Shown here: positions 1 to 9,741 of the stretch, piece by piece
Position numbering within the stretch: the stretch's first letter is position 1
Layout: each line of letters opens with the position of its first letter
Assembly: GCA_009780435.1 (NCBI GenBank)
Contig: WRAB01000002.1
Span: 62,420 to 126,419, forward strand
Origin: Oscillospiraceae bacterium
Lineage (GTDB): Bacteria; Bacillota; Clostridia; Oscillospirales; Oscillospiraceae
DNA: 64,000 bases
Reading direction: 5' to 3'
The notes under the pieces: generated by a model
The model's input: the letters and a program-made list of their open reading frames with translations, nothing else
What the model was told of the DNA's origin: nothing
Database searches by the model: none
Made by a program: the position numbers and the translations under genes

Positions 1-1004
1 TCTTCATATTGTGCGGCTCTGACACGGGGGTCAATTAAGCCGTAGATGACATCCAGGATGAATACGGCCAACAAGACCATGACCGTAATAATCAGGGCAA
101 TGCCCGAGAGCAACGGGTAATCGCCCTCCCGGATCGCCTGCAAGAGTGTCGTCCCGAGACCTGGGTATGAGAAAATGATCTCGGCGACAAGTGCGCCGCC
201 CACCATGGCGCCGATGGAGAGGGCTAGGCCCGTCACTTGCGGCAACATGGCATTGCGGAAGACATATCCGACGATCTTGCGGTCTTTGATACCCATATAG
301 CGGCTGTATTTTACATAGTCAGCGTTTAGCTCATAAATAGACATGGAGCGCATACCGATGGCCTGGCCGCCGATGGAGATCAGCACAATGGACCAGAAGG
401 GGAGATGGTAGTGTTGGATGATCGAAAAGACGAATCGCCAGCTCATATGGGGGATGAGTCCCTGCTCAAACCCGCCCGCAATGGGAAAGAGACCGAGGTT
501 GAGCGAAAACACTGTCAGCAAAATGATGGCCATGCCGAAGGCCGGGATGCCGCCCATAAACAGCATAATGGGCATTAGGGCTTTGTCAAACCCCTTGCGA
601 ATATACGCCGCCAAAGCGCCCAGGACGTTCCCCAGAGTCCATCCCACCAGTATGGCGGGCAACTGTAGGCCGATGGTCCACGGCAGCGCATGGGCGATGA
701 TGTCAGATACCGGGCGGGGGTAGCGGGAGAAGGATAGCCCCAGGTCGCCCTGGAGCAAGTTGCCGACGTATATGAAAAACTGTTCGATCACCGGTCTGTC
801 CAAGCCAAACCGCTGCATGTAGCTCTCATACATCTGACGGAGCACGGCAGGATCGTTTATATTCTGTGCCACTCTGGAGATGATCATAGCCACCGGATCC
901 CCCGGCATGAGCCGCGGCAGGGCAAAATTGAGGATTATAGCCGCTACCAGTGTGATAAAAAACCAAATTATTTTTTTGGTAAAATATTTCCCATATCCCT
1001 TCAT
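1..1004 (-). CDS. ABC transporter permease, Opp/Dpp type; C-terminus runs off the left edge
   Basis: Own translation of the minus strand from ATG 1004 (RBS AAGGTGG 7 nt upstream) gives [37 protein letters not shown]... and reaches ...[12 protein letters not shown] at the window edge. It is multi-TM with a DppB/OppB-like N-terminus. It is missing from the ORF track because there is no stop codon in the window. Confidence 0.85.
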   Translation of the reverse strand, partial: MKGYGKYFTKKIIWFFITLVAAIILNFALPRLMPGDPVAMIISRVAQNINDPAVLRQMYESYMQRFGLDRPVIEQFFIYVGNLLQGDLGLSFSRYPRPVSDIIAHALPWTIGLQLPAILVGWTLGNVLGALAAYIRKGFDKALMPIMLFMGGIPAFGMAIILLTVFSLNLGLFPIAGGFEQGLIPHMSWRFVFSIIQHYHLPFWSIVLISIGGQAIGMRSMSIYELNADYVKYSRYMGIKDRKIVGYVFRNAMLPQVTGLALSIGAMVGGALVAEIIFSYPGLGTTLLQAIREGDYPLLSGIALIITVMVLLAVFILDVIYGLIDPRVRAAQYE

Positions 1005-1043
1005 AGACAAACCACCTTATCCCCGTCGGGCTTTAATTTGAAT

Positions 1044-1078
1044 CTGTACGTTCCCCGCCGAAGGCGGGGAACGTACAG
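1044..1078 (-). promoter_or_regulatory. Intercistronic stem-loop between the binding-protein gene and the permease gene
   Basis: The arms ctgtacgttccccgcc / ggcggggaacgtacag pair perfectly over 15-16 bp, and no U-tract follows on either strand. The core TTCCCCGCCGnAGGCGGGGAA recurs at 23190 and 38153. Confidence 0.6.
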
Positions 1079-1126
1079 GCGGCCATGTACAATGGAACAT
1101 AGCCGCCTTCACAGGTCAGATTAGAC

Positions 1127-3040
1127 TTAGCCCACGAGCCTGATATTGAACAAATCTGCGATTGCAAACCCATTGACGGCGTTCAGCGGCGGCACATTGC
1201 GGCCGTCACCGTCTTCCGTGAATCCGGTCCAAACCGACTCGTTGACGGCGTGGAATTGGCCCGGACGGTACATGAGCGTGAAAGAGGGGACCTCGGTCAG
1301 GTAGATCTCGACCAGTTCGGTGTACAGCGCTCTGGTTGCCGCCTCGTTTGTTTCCAGCGGGATGAGCGCCAACAGTTCGTCTACACGTGGGTTGACGTAT
1401 TGTCCCCAGTTTCCGGACCAGTTGCTATCGTTTCCGACAAACTCGGCGGTCATCAAATTCCGGATCCGGCTCCAGGGCTGCGCCGGGGAGGCGTCGTCGG
1501 TCCACATCATAAAGATATCGTATTCGGTTTGCGAAGCGGCGGTCACGACAGTTTGATATACGCTCCAGTCGGGGAAGTAGGTGGTCATCTCAACACCAAT
1601 CGCCGCACCGGCGGCTGCCACGACCTCTATTGCGGCTTCCCAGTCACTCCACCCGAAGGGGGCGCTGACCACGAGAGACATTCGCTGACCGTTGTACACG
1701 CGCACGCCGTCAGGGCCTCTTGCGGCGCCGGCCTCGTCCAACATGGCATTTGCGCCGTCAATGTCATTGCCTTCCCACTGGAGATGTGCGACCTCTGCAT
1801 GGTTGAACATGGCCTGCTCGGGGGCGGTGGGATTCATAAGGGAACGGGGAACTTCTGCAAAGGTTGGGCTCTGGTTTGTCATGGCGTTTGCGATAATGAG
1901 ATCGTAGTTTACCGCCATGGCAATTGCCCGGCGGACCAGGGGATTAGCGATGGCTTCCTGTTCACTGTTCATGTTGAAAAATGCCGTGGGCAGACTGAGC
2001 GCTATGCCGAAAGGAGCTTCTTCCATAAACGTTGAGATGGGAAGGTCTTGTTCCAGCCACAGATCTTCAATGTTAGGAATAAAGACCTGGCTGACGTCTA
2101 TATCTCCTGCCATAAATGCAGCAGTATACGCGGCGTTGTCTTCCAGTAAGGGGTGTGCCAGGAATCTCGGTGCGGGCAATGTACCCCACATGGAGGGATG
2201 CTGACCCCAGTAGCCGTCGTCACGGATAAGTACGACGATGGAGTCGTCAAAGAAGAAGGGGGCAAAGGGGCCGGAAAATACAATGTCCTCAGCCGGATCG
2301 AGAAGCATTTCATCGCCGTTGCCATTGTGGCGCTCGCTTAAGGTTTCCAGCCAAGCTTTCTGCAGGATGTAGTTTTGTCCGAGGAAAGTGAGGATCATCA
2401 TGGGGTTGACCGGCTGACCGTCAGCAGTGAGAGCGGCGTGAATTACAACAGTCTCATCGTCCAGCGCTTCGATTCTGTCGATGACTGATGCGAATTGCGT
2501 GGCCATGCCGCTGTTGTATCTGAGGCCCGCCTCAAAGGTAAATGCCGCGTCATGGGCGGTGACTTTTGTCCCGTCGCTCCAGAATGCCGCAGGATTGATT
2601 CTATATGTCAGTTCGGTCCTGTCGGCGTTCCACGTGTATGGACCTTCCGCTAACAGCGGAATCAGAGAACCGTCCAGAGCGTTGAACATAAACGGGGTCT
2701 CAAACACGGGCAAACGTGCGCCGCGGCCAACTTGCTCTGACACCAAGGGGTTGTTCATGTTGCCTTCGCCGAATGCGTTCCAGCCGTTGGGGGGGCCCCA
2801 GTTAAAGCCCATGAAATACAGAGTCTCTTCTCTGGGCAGCTCCGTGACGATGGGCGGGCGTACAAAGGGTTCTCTGCCCAGTTGCGGCTCGTCGGGCGGA
2901 TCATCACCCGGATCGGGGTCGTCTGCGGGTGTAGCAGGTAGCGGCTCCGGAGTGGGGTCATCCGGTGTTCCGCAGGCGGCCACTACGGCCACAAGCATCA
3001 ACACCGCCAGGATGAGAGCAATCAATCGTTTGTTTTTCAT
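1127..3040 (-). CDS. Extracellular solute-binding protein, family 5 (OppA/DppA-like) lipoprotein
   Basis: 637-aa ORF. It has a signal peptide plus lipobox (MKNKRLIALILAVLMLVAVVAAC), followed by a Pro/Asp-rich linker. A GGAGG RBS lies upstream of the ATG at 3040, and a DppB-type permease follows downstream. Confidence 0.85.
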   Translation of the reverse strand: MKNKRLIALILAVLMLVAVVAACGTPDDPTPEPLPATPADDPDPGDDPPDEPQLGREPFVRPPIVTELPREETLYFMGFNWGPPNGWNAFGEGNMNNPLVSEQVGRGARLPVFETPFMFNALDGSLIPLLAEGPYTWNADRTELTYRINPAAFWSDGTKVTAHDAAFTFEAGLRYNSGMATQFASVIDRIEALDDETVVIHAALTADGQPVNPMMILTFLGQNYILQKAWLETLSERHNGNGDEMLLDPAEDIVFSGPFAPFFFDDSIVVLIRDDGYWGQHPSMWGTLPAPRFLAHPLLEDNAAYTAAFMAGDIDVSQVFIPNIEDLWLEQDLPISTFMEEAPFGIALSLPTAFFNMNSEQEAIANPLVRRAIAMAVNYDLIIANAMTNQSPTFAEVPRSLMNPTAPEQAMFNHAEVAHLQWEGNDIDGANAMLDEAGAARGPDGVRVYNGQRMSLVVSAPFGWSDWEAAIEVVAAAGAAIGVEMTTYFPDWSVYQTVVTAASQTEYDIFMMWTDDASPAQPWSRIRNLMTAEFVGNDSNWSGNWGQYVNPRVDELLALIPLETNEAATRALYTELVEIYLTEVPSFTLMYRPGQFHAVNESVWTGFTEDGDGRNVPPLNAVNGFAIADLFNIRLVG

Positions 3041-3131
3041 TCTAATACCTCCATAAATTTTTCGTTACTTATCGCCAAGGCTAAATCAGCCTATTGACGC
3101 CGTGGGGTGGGGTATCGATTTATGATAAGTC

Positions 3132-4031
3132 CTAAGCATTCTGCATTTCAAAAAAATGGTAAATGGCGCCCATCAATCCCGCCTCTTCTTTAAAGTGACA
3201 GAGTTCAACAGATACGTCAAAAAGTGCCCAGCTCGGCATTTGGCACAGATATTTTTCAAGATTCGTTGTCAGCTCTTCGCCTCTTGCACTGATACTGCCG
3301 CCGATCAAGATTTTTTGGGGATTTAGGGTGCACACTAAATTATAGATACCCTGGCTCAAGTGCAGGTACCAATCCTCAATGATCTGCTGTACGCCTGTAT
3401 CGCGCTTTGCCTGCTCAAACACCTCGATGCCTTCTATGAGAGTGTCTTTGGGTATATTCTTGTATTCTTTATACCTGCCGATTAAAGCGGACGTCGCACC
3501 GGTTCCGGACAGATCCGGAAACGTAACCGTACCCTTGTATGCGGCGGTGTTCATATAGCCAAATTCTCCCGCGCCAAAGGTATGTCCGCGATATATTTTC
3601 CCATTCACAAAAATACCGCCGCCTATGCCAGTGCCTACGGTTATGCACACAAAGTGTTCACAGTCCAGAGCGGCGCCCAGGAATTTTTCCGCCATGGCGA
3701 CACAGTTGGCATCGTTTTCAATTTCGATGGGCAAATCTGTGTGGGCTTGCAGTTGCGTTTTTATATTGGTGTCCCACATACAATCAATTGCCCCGGCTTC
3801 GCTGGCGAAGCCTGTATTGATGTCAATAAATCCAGGCATACTCAACGCAATGCCGTCTAATTGACAGGTTTTTTGATATGTTTCTACCACATCAATGATA
3901 CTGCTGATAAACACGTCTGCGCAATCTCTTATGGTGGGATATGCCCCCTTTGAAAGGATGTTCCCCGTCTCTGTAATCAGGGCGTGTTTTACATTTGTAC
4001 CCCCTACATCAAAGCAAGCTACGGTTTTCAC
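3132..4031 (-). CDS. ROK-family sugar kinase (candidate beta-glucoside/glucokinase)
   Basis: 299 aa. The N-terminal ATP-binding motif is FDVGGTNVK and a GTGIGGG motif is present. The start codon is GTG. The gene lies immediately downstream of the GH4 gene. Confidence 0.8.
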   Translation of the reverse strand: MKTVACFDVGGTNVKHALITETGNILSKGAYPTIRDCADVFISSIIDVVETYQKTCQLDGIALSMPGFIDINTGFASEAGAIDCMWDTNIKTQLQAHTDLPIEIENDANCVAMAEKFLGAALDCEHFVCITVGTGIGGGIFVNGKIYRGHTFGAGEFGYMNTAAYKGTVTFPDLSGTGATSALIGRYKEYKNIPKDTLIEGIEVFEQAKRDTGVQQIIEDWYLHLSQGIYNLVCTLNPQKILIGGSISARGEELTTNLEKYLCQMPSWALFDVSVELCHFKEEAGLMGAIYHFFEMQNA

Positions 4032-4041
4032 GCTATCCCCC

Positions 4042-5352
4042 CTAAAATTGCGGTAAATAGGCTCTGTGCGCTTCTAATAGCGCATCAAACACTTGGTTGG
4101 CAAGGGCATCGCTGGGACAGAGCGGGTTCATGTTCAAAGCGGCGATGGCCGCCGCCCTGTCCCCCTCTACGGCCGCCTTGACCGCCATGTGCTCAAAGGA
4201 TTTTATCATCTGAATGTAGCCGTTGATCTCTGGTTTTAGCGCACCCAGTGCAATGGCCTTGGGGCCATCTGCCGTTATGACACAGGCCGCCTCTACTACG
4301 CAATCATTTGGCAGATTTGTCACAGTTCCATTGTTTTTAATGTTGACGTACTGTATGTCCCCAGTGTTGTTATAGATGGAGTTGATCAGATTGCAAGCCG
4401 CGTCCGAGTATAGCGCCCCGCCGCGCTGTTCCAACTGCGCGGGCTTGCTGCTCAAACTGTGGTCTTTATAGAGTTCAAATAACGCATCTTCCGTTTTCTT
4501 TACGACCTCACCGCGGACCTCGTTGTTTTCATACTCCTTGTTCTGTTTGACCAGTTGATCCTGGGTATGGAAATAATAGTTATGGTACGGACACGGGATG
4601 GCGTTCAGCCCTTTGATCAGGTCGGCGGAATACTCTATACCGTCAATATTGCGCATAGAGGCATTGTCTTTATTGTCAATATAGGCATTTAACACTTGAT
4701 CGAACACAGATGCGCCATCTAAGAAAATATCGGTTGCAAAAATAAAATGGTTGGAGCCTTGGATCTCCATCCGCACTCTGGCGCGATCCACGCCCAACAG
4801 CTTTGCAAACCCGTTTTGCATCCCGATGGGGACATTGCACAGGCCAATTGACTTTTTATAATCGGTATACCGCACAATGGCTTCACTGATCATGCCGGCG
4901 GGATTTGAAAAGTTGAGCATATACGCATCTGGACAAAGTTCTTGTATATCTTTTACGATGTCCAGTATCACAGGGATTGTGCGAAAACCCTTAAACATAC
5001 CCCCGGCACCGTTGGTCTCCTGACCGATCATGCCGTTGGCAATAGAGATTCGCTCGTCTTTGATCCGGGCCTCTAACAGACCGACCCGCATCTGGGTTGT
5101 CACAAAATCTGCACCCTCCAGCGCTTCCCGCCGATTTAAGGTGGGAATAATCTGCAAAGGCAGACCCGCCTTTTCTACCATCCTCTGCGCCAGGGCGCTT
5201 ACGGTTTTAAGCTTTTCACGGCCCTCTTCAATATCTACGAGCCATAATTCCTTCACGGGCAATTTTTCGTAGCCGCGGATAAAGCCCTCCACCAGTTCTG
5301 GTGTATAACTGCTTCCGCCGCCTATGGTTGCAATTTTTAGATTCTTGTTCAA
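4042..5352 (-). CDS. Glycoside hydrolase family 4, 6-phospho-beta-glucosidase (CelF/ChbF-like)
   Basis: The N-terminus KIATIGGGSSYTPELVEGF... and the motif GQETNGAGGMFKGFRTIPV closely resemble E. coli ChbF as I recall it. The track start at 5370 contains the RBS GAGGAGG itself, so TTG at 5352 (MNKNLKIATIGGG) is preferred. Confidence 0.85.
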   Translation of the reverse strand: MNKNLKIATIGGGSSYTPELVEGFIRGYEKLPVKELWLVDIEEGREKLKTVSALAQRMVEKAGLPLQIIPTLNRREALEGADFVTTQMRVGLLEARIKDERISIANGMIGQETNGAGGMFKGFRTIPVILDIVKDIQELCPDAYMLNFSNPAGMISEAIVRYTDYKKSIGLCNVPIGMQNGFAKLLGVDRARVRMEIQGSNHFIFATDIFLDGASVFDQVLNAYIDNKDNASMRNIDGIEYSADLIKGLNAIPCPYHNYYFHTQDQLVKQNKEYENNEVRGEVVKKTEDALFELYKDHSLSSKPAQLEQRGGALYSDAACNLINSIYNNTGDIQYVNIKNNGTVTNLPNDCVVEAACVITADGPKAIALGALKPEINGYIQMIKSFEHMAVKAAVEGDRAAAIAALNMNPLCPSDALANQVFDALLEAHRAYLPQF

Positions 5353-5420
5353 TTTGTAGCCCCTCCTCAAAATGAAAGCAAATAGTTTATATCGCTATAG
5401 GCCCACTGCGCGTGAGCCTT

Positions 5421-6473
5421 CTACCATGTGTTTCCTCTGGCACGCCCCAACTGCACTTCTGTGAGCACATCTCGCACAGAGATTAAAAGTCCTCTTTCGT
5501 AGGCCGTTCTCTCGTCGGTCATGAGTTGGAAGACGGGAAGTGTCCAGAGGGGCAGATAGTGTTCACACAAATGCCGCAGATGCCGCAACATCTCTTCTGA
5601 AGCAAGGCTACCGCTAAAGGAAATCACCGGGGGGTTGAGCAGGCAGATGATATTGATGACCAGACTTGCAATTAACTGTGCCTTCTGGGGAATCCCCTCT
5701 GCCTGTTTCAGTAAATGCTCCAGGGTTTCCCCGTCTCGTTTCGTCCCGACCTCCTTGACCATATAAGCCGTCTCACCGGCAAAGCTGGAAAAGCCCCGAA
5801 TAATACGTCCGCCCATTACAATGCCGGCGCCTACACTTTTCCCGATGTGCATAAATACCATATCAGAGTAGGACTCTCCCATGCCGGAGGCGGCACTGCC
5901 CAGCGCGACTAAGTTCATGTCGTTTTCCACATGCACAGGGATTTTCAACTGCCCTTCCAGCACATGGCCCAACGCCACACCCTCTAAGCAAGGAATCTCC
6001 GGAATTGCATACAAGGCGCCCCCCGGCCCAACGACACCCGGCACGCCGATGCTAATCACCCGGATATCGTCATCTTGTTTCATCAGTGTTTGCAGCAACA
6101 CTTGTAGCGTTTCCAAAATGGAATCTGCGGGAGTAAGGGGCCATACATTGCGCCGAATCACCTCGCCGTCGGCGGTCAAGACAGCATGTTCTAACCCTTG
6201 CGGCAACACCCGGACAAGCGCCGCGCGCAAATCCTCGGTCTGCAAGATATAACACTTGGGCCTGCGTCCGCCAGCCGATACCGCAAAATTGCCGGGGCGC
6301 ACCACGCCATTGTGTTCTAACTCTTGCACAATGGCGTTCACTGTGGGTTGACTGAGCCCCGTACGTGCTGCCAACTGTTTGCGGGTGGCAGTTTTCATTT
6401 CAAGCAGTGTCTGTAATACCAGGTTGGCGTTCAACCCCTTGGATGGAGAAGAACCATTCTTTAGAGTAGCCAT
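5421..6473 (-). CDS. ROK-family transcriptional regulator (N-terminal winged HTH plus ROK sugar-binding domain)
   Basis: 350 aa. The HTH segment is TRKQLAARTGLSQPTVNAIVQELE, followed by a ROK core. It is the first gene of the minus-strand sugar cluster. Confidence 0.8.
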   Translation of the reverse strand: MATLKNGSSPSKGLNANLVLQTLLEMKTATRKQLAARTGLSQPTVNAIVQELEHNGVVRPGNFAVSAGGRRPKCYILQTEDLRAALVRVLPQGLEHAVLTADGEVIRRNVWPLTPADSILETLQVLLQTLMKQDDDIRVISIGVPGVVGPGGALYAIPEIPCLEGVALGHVLEGQLKIPVHVENDMNLVALGSAASGMGESYSDMVFMHIGKSVGAGIVMGGRIIRGFSSFAGETAYMVKEVGTKRDGETLEHLLKQAEGIPQKAQLIASLVINIICLLNPPVISFSGSLASEEMLRHLRHLCEHYLPLWTLPVFQLMTDERTAYERGLLISVRDVLTEVQLGRARGNTW

Positions 6474-6732
6474 ACGTTTCCTTTGCTATGTAAAATAAAA
6501 TTATTTTAAAATATTTTTTCTTTTATTTCATGTATATTCCGTGTATATTTTATGAAATCATTTTTTTATACGGAAGTAGACTTTTTCTATAATTAAATTA
6601 TTTTAAAATATACTCAAAATTATACGCGGCAGATAGTATCATGTCAAGGTGTCGTGTTTAACAAATTTATGAGAGATAAACTGTGAAATGTGAACAAGGG
6701 ACAACGTTATGTCGGGCGTTATCATACGTTTC

Positions 6733-6770
6733 CTTGCGGTTGACTTTCTTCTCGAAAAGTCAACCGCAAG
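6733..6770. promoter_or_regulatory. Perfect 15-bp inverted repeat (cttgcggttgacttt-N8-aaagtcaaccgcaag) abutting the XRE-gene promoter
   Basis: Read directly from the sequence. The repeat ends 5 nt before the -35 element TTTACA. Confidence 0.5.
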
Positions 6771-6774
6771 TCTC

Positions 6775-6803
6775 TTTACAGTTGACAAAGTTTCCGTTAC
6801 AAT
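6775..6803 (+). promoter_or_regulatory. Sigma-A type promoter of the XRE/ABC operon
   Basis: TTTACA, a 17-nt spacer, then TACAAT, about 20 nt upstream of the coding start. Confidence 0.5.
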
Positions 6804-6816
6804 CAAGCTATAGGGG

Positions 6817-7944
6817 GTGATTGCCTTGAAAGAACTCAATTTGGCAGAAGTTTTAGTTGGGAAACGCCGGGAGAAAGGCATCACGCAAGATGAACTCGCC
6901 GCACATGTGGGCGTGTCCAAGGCGTCGGTGTCCAAGTGGGAGAACGGGAACAGTTATCCCGACATCACCCTCTTGCCGGTTTTGGCCACCTATTTTGACA
7001 TCAGCATTGACCGGCTTATGAACTATTCCCCCCAGTTGTCCGAGGAAGAGATCACAAAAACCCATGCACAGTTAGCGGCAAATTTTGCGTCGGAACCCTT
7101 TGAAGCCGTAATTGCAGAGTGCGAAGCGCTTGTAAAAAAATATTACTCCTGCTATCCGTTTTTGCTGTACATCGTTTTGCTCTATATCAACCACGCGCCG
7201 ATGGCGGAATCGCCTGCGCGCAAAGGGCGGATATTGCAATCCGCTATCGGGCTCTGTAAACGGGTAATCAACAATTGTCGAGATGCAAACGCAGTGCGTG
7301 AGGCGACAATATATCAGGCCGTGTGTCATCTCTCTATCGGCGAGTCCCAAGAGGTGCTTGCACTTCTGGGTGAGGGTGCAGAATCTCCCCCATTATCCGG
7401 CGACTCCATTATTATTCAGGCCCATCAAATGTTGGGGAATACCGAGAAAGCGATAGAAGTTGCGCAAGTTGATCTCTATCAGGCTCTTTTGGAACTATTT
7501 GAAGGGTTGCTTGCGTATATCCAGCTAAACTTAGGCAACTTTGAAGCGGCACAAACCGCTTTTGAGCGAGCAGAAAGCCTATCGGAACTGTTTCACATAC
7601 GCCACCTCAATGCCAATGGCGTTGCAATTTTGTATTTTTTGGGTGCGCATCTGTATCAGGCTGCCGGAAAAAGCGACGAGACGATCAACATGCTCGGCAA
7701 GTACGTAGACGTCTGTATACACGGCTTTTTCCCATTTGCGGCGCGAGGCGACTCATTCTTTGACAGGATTGACGATTGGCTCGACAAAAATATCAAGAAC
7801 AGACCGATGCCACGCAATGAGATTGTGGTCAAAGAGAGTATGCTCAACGACGTACTGCTTAACCCCGCCTTCGACAGTTTACACGGTTCCCCCGCATTTG
7901 CCGATCTCATACAAAAACTTAGAACTTTTATAGGAGGAAACTAA
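6817..7944 (+). CDS. XRE-family HTH transcriptional regulator with a C-terminal helical (TPR-like) domain
   Basis: The HTH segment is GITQDELAAHVGVSKASVSKWENG. The long alpha-helical C-terminus is RNPP-like in architecture. TTG at 6826 is an equally plausible start because its spacing from the GGGGG RBS is better. Confidence 0.75.
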   Translation: MIALKELNLAEVLVGKRREKGITQDELAAHVGVSKASVSKWENGNSYPDITLLPVLATYFDISIDRLMNYSPQLSEEEITKTHAQLAANFASEPFEAVIAECEALVKKYYSCYPFLLYIVLLYINHAPMAESPARKGRILQSAIGLCKRVINNCRDANAVREATIYQAVCHLSIGESQEVLALLGEGAESPPLSGDSIIIQAHQMLGNTEKAIEVAQVDLYQALLELFEGLLAYIQLNLGNFEAAQTAFERAESLSELFHIRHLNANGVAILYFLGAHLYQAAGKSDETINMLGKYVDVCIHGFFPFAARGDSFFDRIDDWLDKNIKNRPMPRNEIVVKESMLNDVLLNPAFDSLHGSPAFADLIQKLRTFIGGN

Positions 7945-7945
7945 A

Positions 7946-8146
7946 ATGCCAGAAAACATGATGGACTTCTTACCGTTCTTAATCCCGGTGATTGTAATCC
8001 AGGTTGGTTTGACCCTTGCATCTCTAATCCATGTGCTAACACACAAGACCTACCGCCGGGGCAACCGGATCCTCTGGGTGTTGGTCAGTTTCATCAGCAT
8101 TATCGGCCCAGTGCTATATTTTACCCTGGGCAAAGGGGACGAGTGA
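7946..8146 (+). CDS. Small membrane protein, PLD-nuclease N-terminal (PLDc_N) family
   Basis: 66 aa with two TM segments. The tail motif ILWVLVSFISIIGPVLYFTLGK is typical of PLDc_N proteins. It is translationally coupled to the neighbouring genes. Confidence 0.65.
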   Translation: MPENMMDFLPFLIPVIVIQVGLTLASLIHVLTHKTYRRGNRILWVLVSFISIIGPVLYFTLGKGDE

Positions 8147-8147
8147 G

Positions 8148-8963
8148 ATGAATACCCTTGAAATTCGCAACCTCTCCAAGCGTTTCGGTTTGCACAAAGT
8201 CATTGACAACATCTCTTTCTCCGTACCGGAAAACTGTGTGTTTGGATTCATCGGCGCAAACGGCGCCGGCAAGACCACCACAATGAAGATGATCTTGGGG
8301 CTCCTCCGGGCCGACGGCGGGGAAATTATCGTGTGCGGTGAACGTGTCCGCTTCGGTGCGACGAAGACCAACCGTCTCATCGGCTATCTCCCCGACGTGC
8401 CGGAGTTCTACAATTACATGCGTCCAAAGGAATACCTGCGGCTCTGCGGAGAAATTGTCGGATTGCGCGATAAGACGATCAAAGCCCGCTCGTCAGAGCT
8501 ATTGGCCCTTGTGGGCCTATCTGATGTCAACAAAAAGATCGGCGGTTTTTCCCGGGGCATGAAACAGCGGTTAGGGATGGCCCAGGCCCTCCTCGGCGAA
8601 CCGAAACTGCTCATCTGCGACGAGCCAACCTCCGCCCTCGACCCGTTGGGGCGCAAAGAGGTCTTGAATATCCTACAGCAGATCAAAGGCAAGACCACCG
8701 TGATATTTTCAACTCATATCCTGTCCGATGTGGAGCGGATTTGTGATCGGGTGGCGGTGTTGCACAAGGGGAGCATCGTCCTGGAGAGCGCCATGGGCGA
8801 TCTGAAGTTCCAGCACAAAACCAAAGCGATGACAATCGAGTTTGGGCATGAGGTGGATTCGGACGAAGTGATGAACGTGCTAAGGGAAAATCACTTTGCG
8901 CCTACAAGCTATGAAACCCCGGCAGCCTCTATTGAGGACATGTTTTTGGAGGTGGCGAAGTGA
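8148..8963 (+). CDS. ABC transporter ATP-binding protein
   Basis: Walker A GANGAGKTT, signature FSRGMKQR and Walker B LLICDEPTSALD are all present. Confidence 0.9.
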   Translation: MNTLEIRNLSKRFGLHKVIDNISFSVPENCVFGFIGANGAGKTTTMKMILGLLRADGGEIIVCGERVRFGATKTNRLIGYLPDVPEFYNYMRPKEYLRLCGEIVGLRDKTIKARSSELLALVGLSDVNKKIGGFSRGMKQRLGMAQALLGEPKLLICDEPTSALDPLGRKEVLNILQQIKGKTTVIFSTHILSDVERICDRVAVLHKGSIVLESAMGDLKFQHKTKAMTIEFGHEVDSDEVMNVLRENHFAPTSYETPAASIEDMFLEVAK

Positions 8964-9727
8964 AGCAGTTTATCGCGTTTACGAAAAAAGAATTTCACGA
9001 GAGTGCGGCGACGTTCCGGCTCTATATTCTCCTTGCAATCTTTCTACTCTTTGGCATAATGGGTCCGCTCATGGCGCTCCTCACACCGACCATTCTGGAA
9101 AGTCTGGCGGGAGGTGATTCCGGCATTGTCATCACCATGCCGGATCCCACGGCGACTGACGCCTGGGCGCAATTTTTCAGCGGCGTTGTGGAGATGGGGA
9201 TGCCCATCCTCGCCATCATCTTCTGCGGGATCATGTCCAATGAGTTCAGCAGGGGGACGCTGGTCAATCTGCTGACGAAAGGCCTCAAGCGCCACACGAT
9301 CATTCTGTCTAAATTCATTAGTGCGGGCATTTTATGGGCCGTCAGCTTTCTGCTCGCAGTTGGAATCTGCTATGTGTACACGGCGTTTTATTGGGACACA
9401 GAACCCATGAACTATGTGCTGCTTACCTTTGGCGCACCGTGGTTATTCGGCCTGTTTATGATCTCACTGCTCATGTTCGGGGGGACGCTGTTCGGCAATT
9501 TTTACGGCAGCCTGTTCACCTGTCTCGGCGCGGTTCTGGCATTGATGCTTGTCAATGTTATCCCCAATGTGGCGAGGTACAACCCCACCTCCCTCACGGG
9601 GACACTCTCGCTGATTAACGGCACGGGGGATCCGTCGGATTTTATTCGCCCCCTGATCATCTGCGGGGTCGCGATTGTCGCGTTAATCGTGGGATCAATC
9701 GCCGTGTTTAATCGGAAAACAGTGTAA
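8960..9727 (+). CDS. ABC-2 type transporter permease
   Basis: 255 aa with about 6 TM segments. Its start overlaps the ATPase stop by 4 nt. Confidence 0.75.
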   Translation: MKQFIAFTKKEFHESAATFRLYILLAIFLLFGIMGPLMALLTPTILESLAGGDSGIVITMPDPTATDAWAQFFSGVVEMGMPILAIIFCGIMSNEFSRGTLVNLLTKGLKRHTIILSKFISAGILWAVSFLLAVGICYVYTAFYWDTEPMNYVLLTFGAPWLFGLFMISLLMFGGTLFGNFYGSLFTCLGAVLALMLVNVIPNVARYNPTSLTGTLSLINGTGDPSDFIRPLIICGVAIVALIVGSIAVFNRKTV

Positions 9728-9741
9728 AGGAGATATGCTTT

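Noticed and set aside
418-723. A 101-aa plus-strand ORF at the left edge.
   Set aside because: It lies entirely inside, and antisense to, the DppB-type permease gene, which I could translate continuously from ATG 1004 to the window edge.
6639-6935. A 98-aa minus-strand ORF in the divergent promoter region between the ROK regulator and the XRE regulator.
   Set aside because: It overlaps the promoter, the 15-bp dyad and the 5-prime end of the XRE gene. It has no RBS, and its sequence has no recognisable features.
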